Assembly (NCBI GenBank): GCA_963794945.1 | Contig: CAWCFT010000003.1 | Span: forward strand, 32,001 to 96,000 | DNA: 64,000 nucleotides | Direction of reading: 5' to 3' | Source of the DNA: Endomicrobiales bacterium | GTDB taxonomy: Bacteria > Elusimicrobiota > Endomicrobiia > Endomicrobiales > CAWCFT01 | In this document: piece after piece, positions 1 to 11,165 of the stretch | Numbering within the stretch: the first letter of the stretch is position 1 | Layout: every line of letters starts with the position of its first letter | The notes under the pieces: generated by a model | What the model saw: only the letters and a program-made list of their open reading frames with translations | What the model was told of the DNA's origin: nothing | Databases searched by the model: none | Position numbers and translations under genes: made by a program

Positions 1-1
1 C

Positions 2-1127
2 ATAACTCTGTCGGATGCACTAGCTTCTTCTGCTCAGTCAAAAGGCGATCTTGCCGTAGCCTTTGATAAGATGCAAGGTGAACTGAGAAAACTTACAATA
101 CAGGCTAGAAGGATATCAACTGACGATTTGAACAATCCGCTTCTTGAAGAAAGGATCGCAGGTGAACTTGGCGAAGCTTTTAATCAGATGACGTTCAATC
201 TAAAAGAGCTGGCAAAAATAGCGGAACAAATATCCAACAACGACCTGAGCGCGAACGTGATGATCCATTCCGACAAAGACGTGCTCGGTAAAGCATTTTT
301 TAAGATGGTAAGTAACCTTAAGAACCTTATAGGTGTTGTTGTGCAGCTTGCCAACACATCGCACAATTCAGCGAGTTCAATGGCCGAGTCAACAAAGCAG
401 GTTAACCAGACGATGGACCAGGTACAGAACTCAATTCAGCAGATAGCCTCAGCAACGAACCAGGTCGCGAAGAGCACGCAGGAAATATCGGTGCTTATGC
501 GCAATGCGAACAACGCAGTTAACACGGGAAGCGACAACATCAATAAAGTTATTGACAAATTCGGTTCCGTTCAGAACCACTATAGAGAATACTGGAATGT
601 CGATAAACAAGCTTGAGCAGCGTTCTCAGGAGATATCTGAGATAGTGGGGCTTATAACTAAAATAGCCGACCAAACCAATCTCCTGGCCCTAAATGCAGC
701 GATCGAGGCAGCTCGTGCCGGAGAGGCCGGTAGAGGCTTTGCGGTCGTCGCAGATGAAGTACGCAAGCTTGCCGAGTCTTCGGGCAACTCTGCGGAAAAA
801 ATATCAAAAATAATAAAAGAGATACAATCGGACATGGTAGGCGTGGTTTCATCTTCCCAAAATTCGCTCGAAGAAGCCAAGATCGTTTTTGAGCTGACAA
901 ACAACATGCAGGCCGGATATTCCGACATTGTGGAAGCGATAAAGGCGATGAACCAGCAGGTGGAGCAGATTGCCGCCATATCAGAAGAAACAGCGGCCTC
1001 AGCGGAAGAAATAACGGCCGGCGCGCAGGAACAAACGTTTGCAGTGACCGAGATCGCAGGTAATTCGAAAACTCTGGTTGACCAGGTTAATATGCTAAAG
1101 AACGAAGTAAACAAATTCAAACTTTGA
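2..1127 (+). CDS. Methyl-accepting chemotaxis protein, multi-HAMP, 5' truncated; frameshift at about 575
   Basis: Signalling hairpin [42 protein letters not shown]-like repeats ([20 protein letters not shown]). The frame is open to the window edge. ORFs 71-616 and 504-1127 join if one A is removed from CAGAAC at 572-577. Confidence 0.93.
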
Positions 1128-1159
1128 TGTATCGCAGGAACTATAATTAACGGAAATAA

Positions 1160-2060
1160 ATGACGGACAATACAGAACATTAAAGAAATTTTTGACATAG
1201 TGTTCAGGATTTTCAAGCTAGACTGCCGATCATACAATGAATCTTATATGCACAGGCGCGTCAACGCGAGGATCATGGCGAACAATATCGCGCCTGATGA
1301 TTTTGGTTCCTACGCGGAACTGTTGCTTTCGAGCAGGGAAGAACAAAGAAGTCTCTATGATGCTCTTACAATAAACGTTACGCAGTTTTTCAGGGACATA
1401 AAGCTTTGGGATTTTATTAAGAATGATATCATCCCGAAAACAATCGAATACAAAAAAGTCAGGTCCGAAAAAGCTATTCAGATATGGTCTTGCGGAAGTT
1501 CTTCCGGAGAAGAGGCCTATTCGCTAGCCATCCTGTTAAGGGAGGCCCTAGGCGAGCGCAAAGATATAGTGCCTAGTATAATAGGCACAGATATTGACGA
1601 GCTTTCTCTCTCAAAGGCCAACGAGGCTGTTTACGATATAAACGCCTTCAAGAGCATGCCGCAGGAGTATTTCAAAAAGTATTTTAAACCTGTCACGATA
1701 AAAGGGGCAGAAAAATATACTCTTGATAGCTCAGTCAAACCGATTGTCCAGTTTAGGCGTAGTAATTTTTTAAGCGATGCGCCTCCCTTAAAAAACGCCG
1801 ACATGATATTTTGCAGGAATGTCATTATATACTTTACTCCTGCCGCGAAGGACAAGTTGATGAACGCGTTTTACCAGACCCTATCTGACTGCGGATGCCT
1901 GGTGCTTGGTAAATCAGAAGTTCTCTTTACTACAAAAATGCAACAACGTTTTTATCTATACAACGTCGAAGAAAGAATTTACCGCAAAGAGCGGAGAAAA
2001 AACCAAGTTAAAGTAGACATTGAAAGACGAAAGAACTGGTGGATTGGCTATCCAAAATAA
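1160..2060 (+). CDS. cheR: Chemotaxis methyltransferase CheR
   Basis: LTINVTQFFRD, IWSCGSSSGEEAYSLA, GTDID and IFCRNVIIYF motifs. Removing one A at CAGAAC 1173-1178 extends the ORF to ATG 1160 (MTDNTDIKEIFDIVF). Confidence 0.93.
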
Positions 2061-2102
2061 TATTTTCATAGATAAATAAATCACTAACCAGGAGCTCTCC
2101 CA

Positions 2103-2474
2103 ATGGCAAAGATCCTAATTGTTGACGATTCAAAATTCATGCGCCTTACATTGAAGAACGTGCTTGAAAAGCAGTTTAACGGCCTGCACACAGTAGTTGG
2201 TGAAGCCAGTACGGCTCAAGAGGCGGTAGAAAAATTCCTCCAGCTCAGACCTGACCTGATAACGATGGACATAATAATGCCAGAAGAATCCGGCCTTGAG
2301 GCAGTAAAAAAAATAGTCGCGCACAACCCAAACGCTAAGATAATCATGGTTTCCGCAATGGGTCAGGAGAAGATCGTTGAAGAAGCGATAGCTTTAGGCG
2401 CGAAGTCGTTCGTGGTTAAACCGGTGAAGACCGACGACCTGATAAAAACTGTCGAGAAAGTGCTGGGAGCCTGA
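2103..2474 (+). CDS. cheY: CheY response regulator
   Basis: Single receiver domain with ILIVDDS, DLITMDIIMP, VSAMGQ and VKP; located in the che operon. Confidence 0.9.
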   Translation: MAKILIVDDSKFMRLTLKNVLEKQFNGLHTVVGEASTAQEAVEKFLQLRPDLITMDIIMPEESGLEAVKKIVAHNPNAKIIMVSAMGQEKIVEEAIALGAKSFVVKPVKTDDLIKTVEKVLGA

Positions 2475-2479
2475 CATTT

Positions 2480-4093
2480 ATGATAAAACTGCTCATCGTT
2501 GATGATTCGACTTTCATGCGTAAGGCATTCAAGCATATGGTGACCTCCGACCCCGAGATCGAGGTAATAGGTGAAGCCGGGGACGGGAAAGAGGCTATGG
2601 ATAAGGTACTTACGCTTAAGCCTGATGTTGTTACTATGGATCTCATAATGCCTGGAGTTGACGGGCTGTGGGCTCTAGAAGAGATAATGAAACAAAGACC
2701 GACCCCGGTAGTTATTGTAAGTTCTGTTGGGACGAAGACATCTGAGATCACAAAAGAAGCATTTGCGATGGGTGTTGTTGATGTATTGTGCAAGCCCGAC
2801 AACCCGCAAAATATCGCTGTTATCCAGAAAGAATTCATTGAAACAATAAAAGCTGCATCCAGGGTGAGCAGGATGCGGCTTCTTGAATATAAATCGACGG
2901 CCATCGCAAAAAAAACCTCATCAACATTGATGGCGCATCAGGTAGTAGTAATAGCCACTTCGGCCGGCGGCCCGACATCTCTATACGAAGTTATGCCTCG
3001 GTTCTCTAACAATTTCTACGGATCTGTCGTAATCGCCCAGCATATGCCGCCCCAATTCATGACCTCTTTTGTGGGGCATATCCAGACAATGACTCCTTTC
3101 CCTGTAAAGATATCTGAAAAGGGTGACCTGCTTTATTCAAGAAGAGTGCTTTTTTCACCCACGGATTCCACCCTGGAAGTGCACAGAACCAAAAAGGGTT
3201 GTATCGCCGATATGGTTGATTTTAAAGTGCGGCTGCAGCCGGATATAAACCACGTGATAATTTCCTGCGCCGAGGCTTTTAAATCCTCAACTGTTCTTGT
3301 AGTACTTTCCGGGTTGGGTAATGACGGAGTGAAGGGAGCGGAAGCGGTCAGGAGCTATGGCGGTAAGGTGATAGTAGAGGACGAATCAACAGCGAGCGTA
3401 TATTCAGGGATGCCTTCGAATGTTGTAAGGTCCGGAAATTATGACATCTTGTGCCCGTCGTACAAAATTGCCGAGGCTATTGAGAGCTGTCTGGCGAACA
3501 AACCGTTTAAGCAGGACAAGAAGGAGTTCATGGTCAAAGGGATAGTAATAAGGAACGCGTTGCAGTTCATTAAAAATAAATTTTCGCAGGAAACAGCGGA
3601 TAAAATAGTTTTAATGCTTACAGAGGAGAACCGTGTTCTTATAACAAGTAATCTGAAACAGTACAACTACTATTCAAGCACAATTTATTACGATCTATAT
3701 CAGAAGATCCAGAATACGCTTGGCGCGACTTCAACGGGGATACTTGAGGAATTGGGCGAAGAGAACGCACGCGAGTGTATAGAATCATACAAGACTGCTC
3801 TGGCACTTTCGTCTCTGTCAGATTTCGACACGTTCTTGAAAGGTCTTTATAAGATTATATTTCCCGGTATATCAAGCGATCACCTGGAAATAAAAACAGA
3901 AATGAAATCAGCGTCCTACATTCTTAGGAGCGGCGGCTATAACGAAGAGAACATAAAAATATCAGAAAAGACCGTAAAAGGCTGGCTAAACTATATCACA
4001 AAATACTTAAAACTAAATTTGGTCTCGAGCTCCTGCACGGGGGCGAAAGATGAGAACGGTATCAAGATCACATGCGAATTTAACTGGAAATGA
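2480..4093 (+). CDS. cheB: CheB methylesterase with an extra C-terminal domain of about 190 aa
   Basis: REC domain followed by the esterase motifs ATSAGGP (Ser), AQHMP (His) and LSGLGNDG (Asp). The tail begins at FMVKGIVIRNALQFIK. Confidence 0.88.
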   Translation: MIKLLIVDDSTFMRKAFKHMVTSDPEIEVIGEAGDGKEAMDKVLTLKPDVVTMDLIMPGVDGLWALEEIMKQRPTPVVIVSSVGTKTSEITKEAFAMGVVDVLCKPDNPQNIAVIQKEFIETIKAASRVSRMRLLEYKSTAIAKKTSSTLMAHQVVVIATSAGGPTSLYEVMPRFSNNFYGSVVIAQHMPPQFMTSFVGHIQTMTPFPVKISEKGDLLYSRRVLFSPTDSTLEVHRTKKGCIADMVDFKVRLQPDINHVIISCAEAFKSSTVLVVLSGLGNDGVKGAEAVRSYGGKVIVEDESTASVYSGMPSNVVRSGNYDILCPSYKIAEAIESCLANKPFKQDKKEFMVKGIVIRNALQFIKNKFSQETADKIVLMLTEENRVLITSNLKQYNYYSSTIYYDLYQKIQNTLGATSTGILEELGEENARECIESYKTALALSSLSDFDTFLKGLYKIIFPGISSDHLEIKTEMKSASYILRSGGYNEENIKISEKTVKGWLNYITKYLKLNLVSSSCTGAKDENGIKITCEFNWK

Positions 4094-4140
4094 TGTAAGC
4101 AGCAGGCTAAGCGTTAACGGTTGATAACAGGGCAAATATT

Positions 4141-5937
4141 ATGGATGAGATGGATCTGTCTCAATTTAAAGAAGTCTTCGTTTCTGAATCTAAAGAGCAT
4201 CTCGTGGCCCTTAATGCCGCTCTTATAGAACTAGAAAAGAGGCCTTCGAATAAAGAAGTCTTGAACGACATTTTCAGGGTGGCCCACACGCTCAAGGGGA
4301 TGTCAGCGACGATGGGTTACGATAAATTAACCAATCTCGCACATCATATGGAAGATGTTCTGGACAGCTTGCGCAAGGGCGAAGCACAGGCCAAGGGCAA
4401 CATTGTAGATGTGATCTTTGAATGTTTTGACAAGATTGAAAGCCTGATAGAGGAAATAGAGACCGGTGTCGAATCTAAAGCTGACATAGACGGGCTCGTG
4501 GCTAGATTAGAGGGACTTATAAGCGAAGAAGAAGTTAAGCCGCAGGAGCCAAAAGCTCAGCCAGAGCCGCAAACTGTCCCGGCACAGACACAGACGACGC
4601 AACCTCAACCACAATCGCTTGCCAAGGAACAAATACAAACGCCGACACCTCAGCCTGTCCCTGAGCAAAAACAAACTCAGCCTCAGTCTGCGGCGCAGGA
4701 ATCGCAGGCGATGGCAAAAGCGCCCGAAGAGGAAGCCAAAAGCACCGATGAAATCGAAGCGACAGCAGGCGCGGCCGGCAAGAAATCTAAGACCAGCATC
4801 AGAATTAATATTTCCCACCTTGATAAAATGATGAACTTAGTTGGGGAAATGGTTATAAGTAAGTCTCAGCTTGAGCAGATAGCTGTTGTTCACGGCATCG
4901 AAGAACTTAAGGAAACACTCCAGCAGCTTGATAGAATAGCGGTTGAGCTGCAGGAAGCTGTGTTGAAAACCCGCATGGTTCCGTTATCGCAGATATTCGA
5001 CAGGTATCCGCGCATGGCAAGGGACCTCGCGCTTAAGCTCGGCAAAGAAGTAGAGTTTGAGATAATCGGAGCGGACATTGAAATAGACCGCATGCTGATT
5101 GAAGAGATCAATGAGCCTCTTGTGCATCTTCTGCGAAACGCGCTTGATCACGGCATAGAAACTCCGGAAAAACGTCTTGAGGCCGGAAAACCTCGGAAGG
5201 GGAAGGTGGTCCTTTCAGCGAGGAGAGAACGCGGGTATATATCCATAAATGTTTCAGACGATGGCAAGGGTCTCGATCCGGAGCAAATAAGACGAAAAAG
5301 CGTTGAAAAAGGAATATTAACCGCTGAAGAAGCCAAGGCGACAAGTGATGAAGATTCATTTCTTGTGATTTGCGACCCCAGGTTTACAACCGCCGAAAAG
5401 ATCACTGATATTTCCGGGCGCGGCGTTGGAATGGACGTGGTAAAAAATGCGATAGAATCTTTCGCGGGCAGGCTGGTAATTAATTCTAAAAAAGGCGAAG
5501 GCTCATCGTTTACTGTAAATCTTCCTTTAAGCATCGCCATAATTACATCTTTGCTTGTGAAAGTAAAAACAGAGATCTATGCCATACCGCTTAATAATAT
5601 TACAGAAGTCGTCCCATTCTCTCAAAACGACGTAAAAAGCATAGAAAAACGCGAGGTAATTGTGCTCAGGGACGAAGTATTGCCGCTCGTTTGGCTTGAA
5701 AAACTGCTCGGGGTAAGCGCTCACCCTGAAACTAAGCAGAGCGCAAACAGATATATACTCAGGGTGGAGATCGGCAACAAGTCGGTCGGGCTTGTAGTAG
5801 ATAATTTTATAGGTAGAAAAGAAATAGTGATAAAATCTTTGAGCGGTCTCATTAAGAAAGCCAAAGGTTTTTCAGGAGCAACGATTCTTGGCGATGGTTC
5901 TGTTGTTTTAATACTTGACGTAAATTCGTTGTTTTAA
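4141..5937 (+). CDS. cheA: Chemotaxis histidine kinase CheA
   Basis: Hpt FRVAHTLKGMS, a Gln/Pro-rich linker, LDKMMNLVGE, HLLRNALDHGIE, DDGKG, SGRGVGMDVV and a C-terminal CheW domain (GATILGDGSVVLILD). Confidence 0.96.
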   Translation: MDEMDLSQFKEVFVSESKEHLVALNAALIELEKRPSNKEVLNDIFRVAHTLKGMSATMGYDKLTNLAHHMEDVLDSLRKGEAQAKGNIVDVIFECFDKIESLIEEIETGVESKADIDGLVARLEGLISEEEVKPQEPKAQPEPQTVPAQTQTTQPQPQSLAKEQIQTPTPQPVPEQKQTQPQSAAQESQAMAKAPEEEAKSTDEIEATAGAAGKKSKTSIRINISHLDKMMNLVGEMVISKSQLEQIAVVHGIEELKETLQQLDRIAVELQEAVLKTRMVPLSQIFDRYPRMARDLALKLGKEVEFEIIGADIEIDRMLIEEINEPLVHLLRNALDHGIETPEKRLEAGKPRKGKVVLSARRERGYISINVSDDGKGLDPEQIRRKSVEKGILTAEEAKATSDEDSFLVICDPRFTTAEKITDISGRGVGMDVVKNAIESFAGRLVINSKKGEGSSFTVNLPLSIAIITSLLVKVKTEIYAIPLNNITEVVPFSQNDVKSIEKREVIVLRDEVLPLVWLEKLLGVSAHPETKQSANRYILRVEIGNKSVGLVVDNFIGRKEIVIKSLSGLIKKAKGFSGATILGDGSVVLILDVNSLF

Positions 5938-5969
5938 GTGCGGGAAAACATATTCTCGCCAGGTTATAA

Positions 5970-6737
5970 ATGATGATAAAGCGTGTATTGCTTGTTGACG
6001 ATGATGAAGGTGTTCTGGCTCTTCTCTCGGCTACATTGGAAAGAGCGGGTTACGGCACATCCGGGGTGGAGAACGGGAAGCAGGCCCTAAACAAGCTTAG
6101 TGAAGAATTTTTTCCGGTCATAATTTCGGATATCATGATGCCGGATATGGATGGCTTGACGTTACTTAAACGGGTCAAAGAAATAAATCCTGACATTCAG
6201 GTAATAATGGTAACCGCACATGCGACCGTAGATGTTGCGATTACGGCACTGAGAAATTCGGCCACAAGCTTTTTAAAAAAGCCGTTCGATCCGGACGACC
6301 TGGTTTCGCAGACAGGGCAGGCATTTGAAAAATACAGGCTTCTTGAAGATAATAGAAAACTTATAGCTGAGCTCAGGTACGCAAAAGAATATAATGAGAA
6401 GATAATAGAGAACCTTGTGTATACGTTGATCGTTATCGATGAACAAGGTAAAATAGTGAAGATAAACAGGGCGCTGGAAGATATGCTTGGCTACTCGCAA
6501 AAAGATGTAGCCGGCGCGCCTCTCTCAAAGATATTTGCGGATGAACTCAAGAATACAAGCTGGGAAGAACTCGCTAAAGAAAAAAAGCTTGAAGACTTTC
6601 CGGTTGAATTCATTGCCAGAGACGGAAACAAGATAAAAGCTCTATTCACAGGCACTATAATAAAGGGACCTGATGGAAATGTGGCGGGTTTTATCGGGAC
6701 CACAAAAAACATCAAAGATAAGGCAGACTTAAAATGA
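5970..6737 (+). CDS. Response regulator, REC plus PAS domain
   Basis: LLVDDD / ISDIMMPDMDG / KP receiver, then a PAS-like domain (VIDEQGKIVKINRALEDMLGYS...ARDG). Confidence 0.85.
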   Translation: MMIKRVLLVDDDEGVLALLSATLERAGYGTSGVENGKQALNKLSEEFFPVIISDIMMPDMDGLTLLKRVKEINPDIQVIMVTAHATVDVAITALRNSATSFLKKPFDPDDLVSQTGQAFEKYRLLEDNRKLIAELRYAKEYNEKIIENLVYTLIVIDEQGKIVKINRALEDMLGYSQKDVAGAPLSKIFADELKNTSWEELAKEKKLEDFPVEFIARDGNKIKALFTGTIIKGPDGNVAGFIGTTKNIKDKADLK

Positions 6738-8960
6738 ACGATACAATATTCTCGCTTGATATTGGAACAAGGAAGATCGGGATATTCGCTACCAGGCACT
6801 ACGATGATTATGCTGAGGTCCTGGTCAACAAGATCGTAGAACATAAGAGCAGGGCTGTCCGCGCGGGGCAGATCCATGATATTGATAAGGTAGCTGCGCT
6901 GGTTTCGGAGATAAAGGCAGTTGTTGAAAAAGAGAGTGGTCTTGAAGTTAAAAAAGTTGCGACGGCCATCGCGGGCAGGAATCTTAAATCAATGAGAGCA
7001 GTTGGTGAAATCAAATTTGACGCGTCGCGTGAGATAACTGAAAGCGAGCTGCGCCAGGTTGAGCTCTCTGCGATCCAGGATGCCATCAACCGTTCGCAGG
7101 ATGAAATAGACGATTACCTTTTTGTCGGGTATACAGTCGTTTCCTGGCAGCTTGACGGGGAAGACATGACAAACCCGTTGAACCATTATGCGAACAGTCT
7201 GCGGACCAATATCATTACCACTTTTCTTCCCAAAAAGGTGTTAGAAAGTCTTTTTGCGGTGATAAAAAAAGCAGGCCTTGAGATATCGTATCTTACGCTT
7301 GAACCCATAGCCGCGGCCGAGGCCGTGCTTCCCGCGGAAATGAGGCATATACCGCTCGTTTTGGTAGACATCGGAGCCGGTACGTCTGACATCGCTATTG
7401 TCTCAAGGGGAAGCATTCAGTCTTTCGGCATGATACCTTCGGCTGGCGATTTCATGACTGAATATATCTGCGGTGAGATGCTGGTAGATTTTATCGAAGC
7501 GGAAAGGATAAAACGTGAGTTTGGCAGTGATACCGGCGCCGAATCTGACGATACCCGGACCATCAAGTATAAAGACATATTTTCCAGAGAATACGAAAAA
7601 AGCTTTAAAGAGATACGCGAACTTACGGCTCCTGCGGTTAAAGAACTCTCTGAAAAGATCGCTTCTGAAATAAAGACCCTGGTGTCCAGCCCCGACGTTG
7701 CGTTAAAGAATTATGCGGTCGTGCTTGTGGGAGGTGGAAGCCTTACGTATGGGCTCGTGTCTCGCCTGGCTGCCACACTAGGCATCCCTGAAAACCGCGT
7801 GGGCCTGCGTTCGCCGGCCATGGTTAACAGGTTCATACTTAATCTTCAACTAATAAAAGACCTACAGCTTAACGAGGCAGGCAGTTACAGCCTCAATAAT
7901 GTATTTGGGCCGCAAACGGCTGTACTGCTGGGGGTTTCGTGCCTATCAGCAAAAATGCCAGCCGCGGCACTAATTCATGTGACGATAAACGACAAAAAAT
8001 CTGAAATAATAAATTTTAAGGAAGGCGGATTAACAGTCATTTCGGCGCTTGTAGCTGAAGGTATCAACAGGCAAAAGATCACCGGCAGGGTCGGTCTTGC
8101 AAAGATATTCTCCTTGAATGGAGTTCAAAGGGTCATTAAAGGGAAACTTCCGGAGCCGGCCAGGATAATAGTTAACGGTGAGCCAGCCGGAATAAATACC
8201 CTGCTTAAAGAAGGCGACAGGATAGAGTTTTTCCAGGCCTCAGACGGCAATGACGCCCGCGTGAGGGTCGCTGATATTCTGCCCCCGCCGGAAACATTTT
8301 TATTTAATCAAAAGCTTTTAAGCTTCCCGGTCAAAGTTACTATAAACGGACAGAGTGCAGTACTAGAAGAAGAAATCCCCGACAACGCGAAGATCGAGAT
8401 CGTAAATGATTATTCGTTATCATCCGCTCTCGTTGTGGCGGGCGTAGCGCCAGAGAACCTTATGGAGCAGACCGTCTCATTTGATGTTCTGGGGCAAAAG
8501 ATTGAAAAAAAGGTCAGGAACTGCATTTTGAAGGTCAATGGGAAAGAGTTTGTTGGCCCGAGTGACATCATTAACGCCACTATCAGCCCATGCGACGGTA
8601 TAATATGTGAAAATATCAGAACCGGCGATAAGAGCTGGAGAACTTGTTGCGGTACCGGGCAAGGGAAGGGACCTCAGGATAAAAATTAACACCGAAGAAT
8701 TTATTTTCCCTGGATCGCACGGAAAAATATTGTTGAACGGCAGAGAAGTTTCGGAAGAGACCGAAGTCAACGACGGGGATATTTTGCGTACTATGTCAGG
8801 CCGCGACGCGGAGGCGGTGCTAGTAGATATTTTTCGCTATATATCACTTGAACCGCGCGACACAGCAGGCAAACGCCTTAAGTTGCTGGTAAACCAGCAG
8901 GAAGCGAATTTCACGACGCCGTTGAGTCATGATGCGGATGTTAAGATCAGTTTTGAGTGA
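6734..8960 (+). CDS. FtsA-family actin-like ATPase with C-terminal ThiS/MoaD-like repeats; frameshift at about 8620 (about 741 aa repaired)
   Basis: LDIGTRKI, EPIAAAEAVL, LVDIGAGTSDIA, AERIKR and LVGGGS motifs, then repeated (I/V)NG...L..GD.I units. The two ORFs join by removing one A at CAGAAC 8617-8622. ATGA overlap with the upstream gene. Confidence 0.82.
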
Positions 8961-8968
8961 GGGTTTAA

Positions 8969-9589
8969 ATGAAAAACATGACATTTTCAGAGATCCAGGT
9001 AGACGCGATAAAAGAAATATGCAGCATAGCCTCCGGGACCGCTGCGGGTGCTCTCTCGCAGATCCTCAACAAAAAGATAACCATGAAAGTGCCTGAGATA
9101 AAGATAGTGCCTATAGAGGTCGCTGTCGACACAATGGGCGACCCGAATTCAATAGTGGCCGGCGTATATTCAAGGCTTATGGGAGACTTTAGTGGCGGGC
9201 TTCTGCTTACTTTTCCAAGAGAAGACGTGATAATGCTGGTCGATAAACTCACAGGCAGTGAAGTCAAGGTTCATAGCTTAAGCGAATTGGACGTTTCCGC
9301 TGTGTCGGAAGTGGGTAACATTATTGCCGCTTCTTTTGTCTCGGCTATAGCGAAAATTATCAATAAAACTATTCTTATCTCGGTTCCAAAGCTAGCTTTT
9401 GACATGATGGGCGCGATAGTTGATTTCATACTTATAGAGCTCGCGGAAAACGCCGAGCAGGCCTTAATAATGAAAATTGAATTCGAAGATGTGCCAAGGA
9501 CTATATCAGGGCATTTTTTCATTATTCCGAACCCGGGCTCACTCGAGATGCTCCTAAACAGCATAGAATTATACCATCCGGGCAAATGA
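8969..9589 (+). CDS. cheC: CheC-family phosphatase
   Basis: DAIKEICSIASGTAAGALS and SAVSEVGNIIAASF. The first ExxN site is degenerate (EICS). Confidence 0.88.
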   Translation: MKNMTFSEIQVDAIKEICSIASGTAAGALSQILNKKITMKVPEIKIVPIEVAVDTMGDPNSIVAGVYSRLMGDFSGGLLLTFPREDVIMLVDKLTGSEVKVHSLSELDVSAVSEVGNIIAASFVSAIAKIINKTILISVPKLAFDMMGAIVDFILIELAENAEQALIMKIEFEDVPRTISGHFFIIPNPGSLEMLLNSIELYHPGK

Positions 9590-9596
9590 TTCATGG

Positions 9597-10232
9597 ATGA
9601 AAGCAGTTTACTATAGGATGGACGATATTATGAGAGAAGATATTCGAACAGACGCGTTGCTCGAAGTTACAAATGTTGGCGCCGGGCAGGCCGCGACCGC
9701 GCTTTCCAGGATGCTCCAGAAAAAAGTCTTGATAACGGTGCCGAGCCTGAAGCTCATGCCGATAGAAGAAATACCAAAAGCTCTGGCAGGCACCGAGTCT
9801 ACGGTAATAGGCATATACTTTTATATGGTGGGCGATCTTACAGGCCGCATCCTGCTCGTGTTTGAAAAGGACAGCGGCCACAGGTTGGCGTCTCTGATCA
9901 CCGGAGATGAAAATTTGAAGGCCGGCCAACTAGACGAGATGGGCAGGTCGGCAATGATGGAGATGGGTAACATTATAACCAATTCATATCTTAACGGCCT
10001 AGCGGGACTTATGGATATAACACTCTTCCCGTCCGTGCCGTATCTCGCCGAAGATGTTCTGGGTGCGGTGATCGATACACTGCTGATTGAGATATCGATG
10101 GTTGCTGATAAAGCCTTGCTCATTGATACGCAGATATCGATAGAGAATGAAAACCTTAACGGAAGCTTTCTGGTGTTCCCTGATGAAGAATTCATGAACA
10201 AGATATATGCTAAACTTGGCCTGTTAAGATAA
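9597..10232 (+). CDS. cheC: CheC-family phosphatase, second copy; the true start may be a downstream ATG
   Basis: DALLEVTNVGAGQAATALS and SAMMEMGNIITNSYLN, with both ExxN motifs intact. Confidence 0.9.
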   Translation: MKAVYYRMDDIMREDIRTDALLEVTNVGAGQAATALSRMLQKKVLITVPSLKLMPIEEIPKALAGTESTVIGIYFYMVGDLTGRILLVFEKDSGHRLASLITGDENLKAGQLDEMGRSAMMEMGNIITNSYLNGLAGLMDITLFPSVPYLAEDVLGAVIDTLLIEISMVADKALLIDTQISIENENLNGSFLVFPDEEFMNKIYAKLGLLR

Positions 10233-10249
10233 TAATCTGTTAAAAAGGA

Positions 10250-10747
10250 GTGTATTTAAATAATATGGAAACAGTTTGCGTAAATATAGCGGAATATGCG
10301 GTCATCAAAGCTCCGGCGACGATAGAGACTAGGAGCCTTGGCTCGTGTGTGGGCATAATACTGTACGATATTGTATCAAAGATCGGAGGCCTCGCTCACA
10401 TAATGTTGCCAGATTCCAAAAAAGTGAGCATTGGCGGTAAGCCGGGCAAATATGCCGATATCGCCATAGAACTAATGCTAAATAAGATGGTAGAGATGGG
10501 GGCGAACAGGAACAATGTCATCGCAAAAATGGCCGGTGGCGCTTGTATGTTCACAGGAACCAATATTTCCGATTTTATGAATATTGGGTTAAGAAATGTA
10601 ACCGCGATAAAAAGTATCCTTAAAGAATTCAAGATCAACCTTATAGCTGAAGATTGCGGGGGTTCTCATGGACGGACGATAGAATTCCATTCCGATACGG
10701 GAAAACTTGTAATAAAATCTTCTATGGCACCGACAAAAGAGATTTAA
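10250..10747 (+). CDS. cheD: Chemoreceptor glutamine deamidase CheD (start GTG 10250 or ATG 10265)
   Basis: SLGSCVG, GGLAHIMLP, KYAD, AKMAGGA.MF, IGLRN and EDCGGSHGRTI. Confidence 0.95.
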   Translation: MYLNNMETVCVNIAEYAVIKAPATIETRSLGSCVGIILYDIVSKIGGLAHIMLPDSKKVSIGGKPGKYADIAIELMLNKMVEMGANRNNVIAKMAGGACMFTGTNISDFMNIGLRNVTAIKSILKEFKINLIAEDCGGSHGRTIEFHSDTGKLVIKSSMAPTKEI

Positions 10748-10756
10748 AGAGGCCTT

Positions 10757-11122
10757 ATGGCGAAGATACTTATAGCAGATGATTCGGACATGATGAGAAA
10801 GATAGCGAAAATGACCGTAGCGAAGGGCGGCTACGAAGTTGTTGAGGCTGCCAACGGCGCGCAGGCTGTTGAGGTCGCGGTTAAGGAGTTGCCGCAGCTG
10901 ATATTGCTTGATGCAGAAATGCCGGAAATGGATGGCTGGGAAGCAAGCAAGGCCATAAAAGCAAATCCCATTACAGCGAGTATACCTATTCTTATCTGTA
11001 CGGGGCATGATCTGAGCGACGAGGCCGAACTTTTAAAGGAATCCGGCGTGAGCGGGTATATCACTAAACCTTACAATCCATCGCAAATGATAACGAAGAT
11101 CAAGGAAGTGCTCGGACAATAA
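10757..11122 (+). CDS. Single-domain response regulator (CheY-like)
   Basis: ILIADDS, LILLDAEMPEMDG, CTG and TKP. Confidence 0.9.
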   Translation: MAKILIADDSDMMRKIAKMTVAKGGYEVVEAANGAQAVEVAVKELPQLILLDAEMPEMDGWEASKAIKANPITASIPILICTGHDLSDEAELLKESGVSGYITKPYNPSQMITKIKEVLGQ

Positions 11123-11165
11123 GGTCAAAGCAAATTTCGACAAGCGTTAACGGAGGTACGATATT

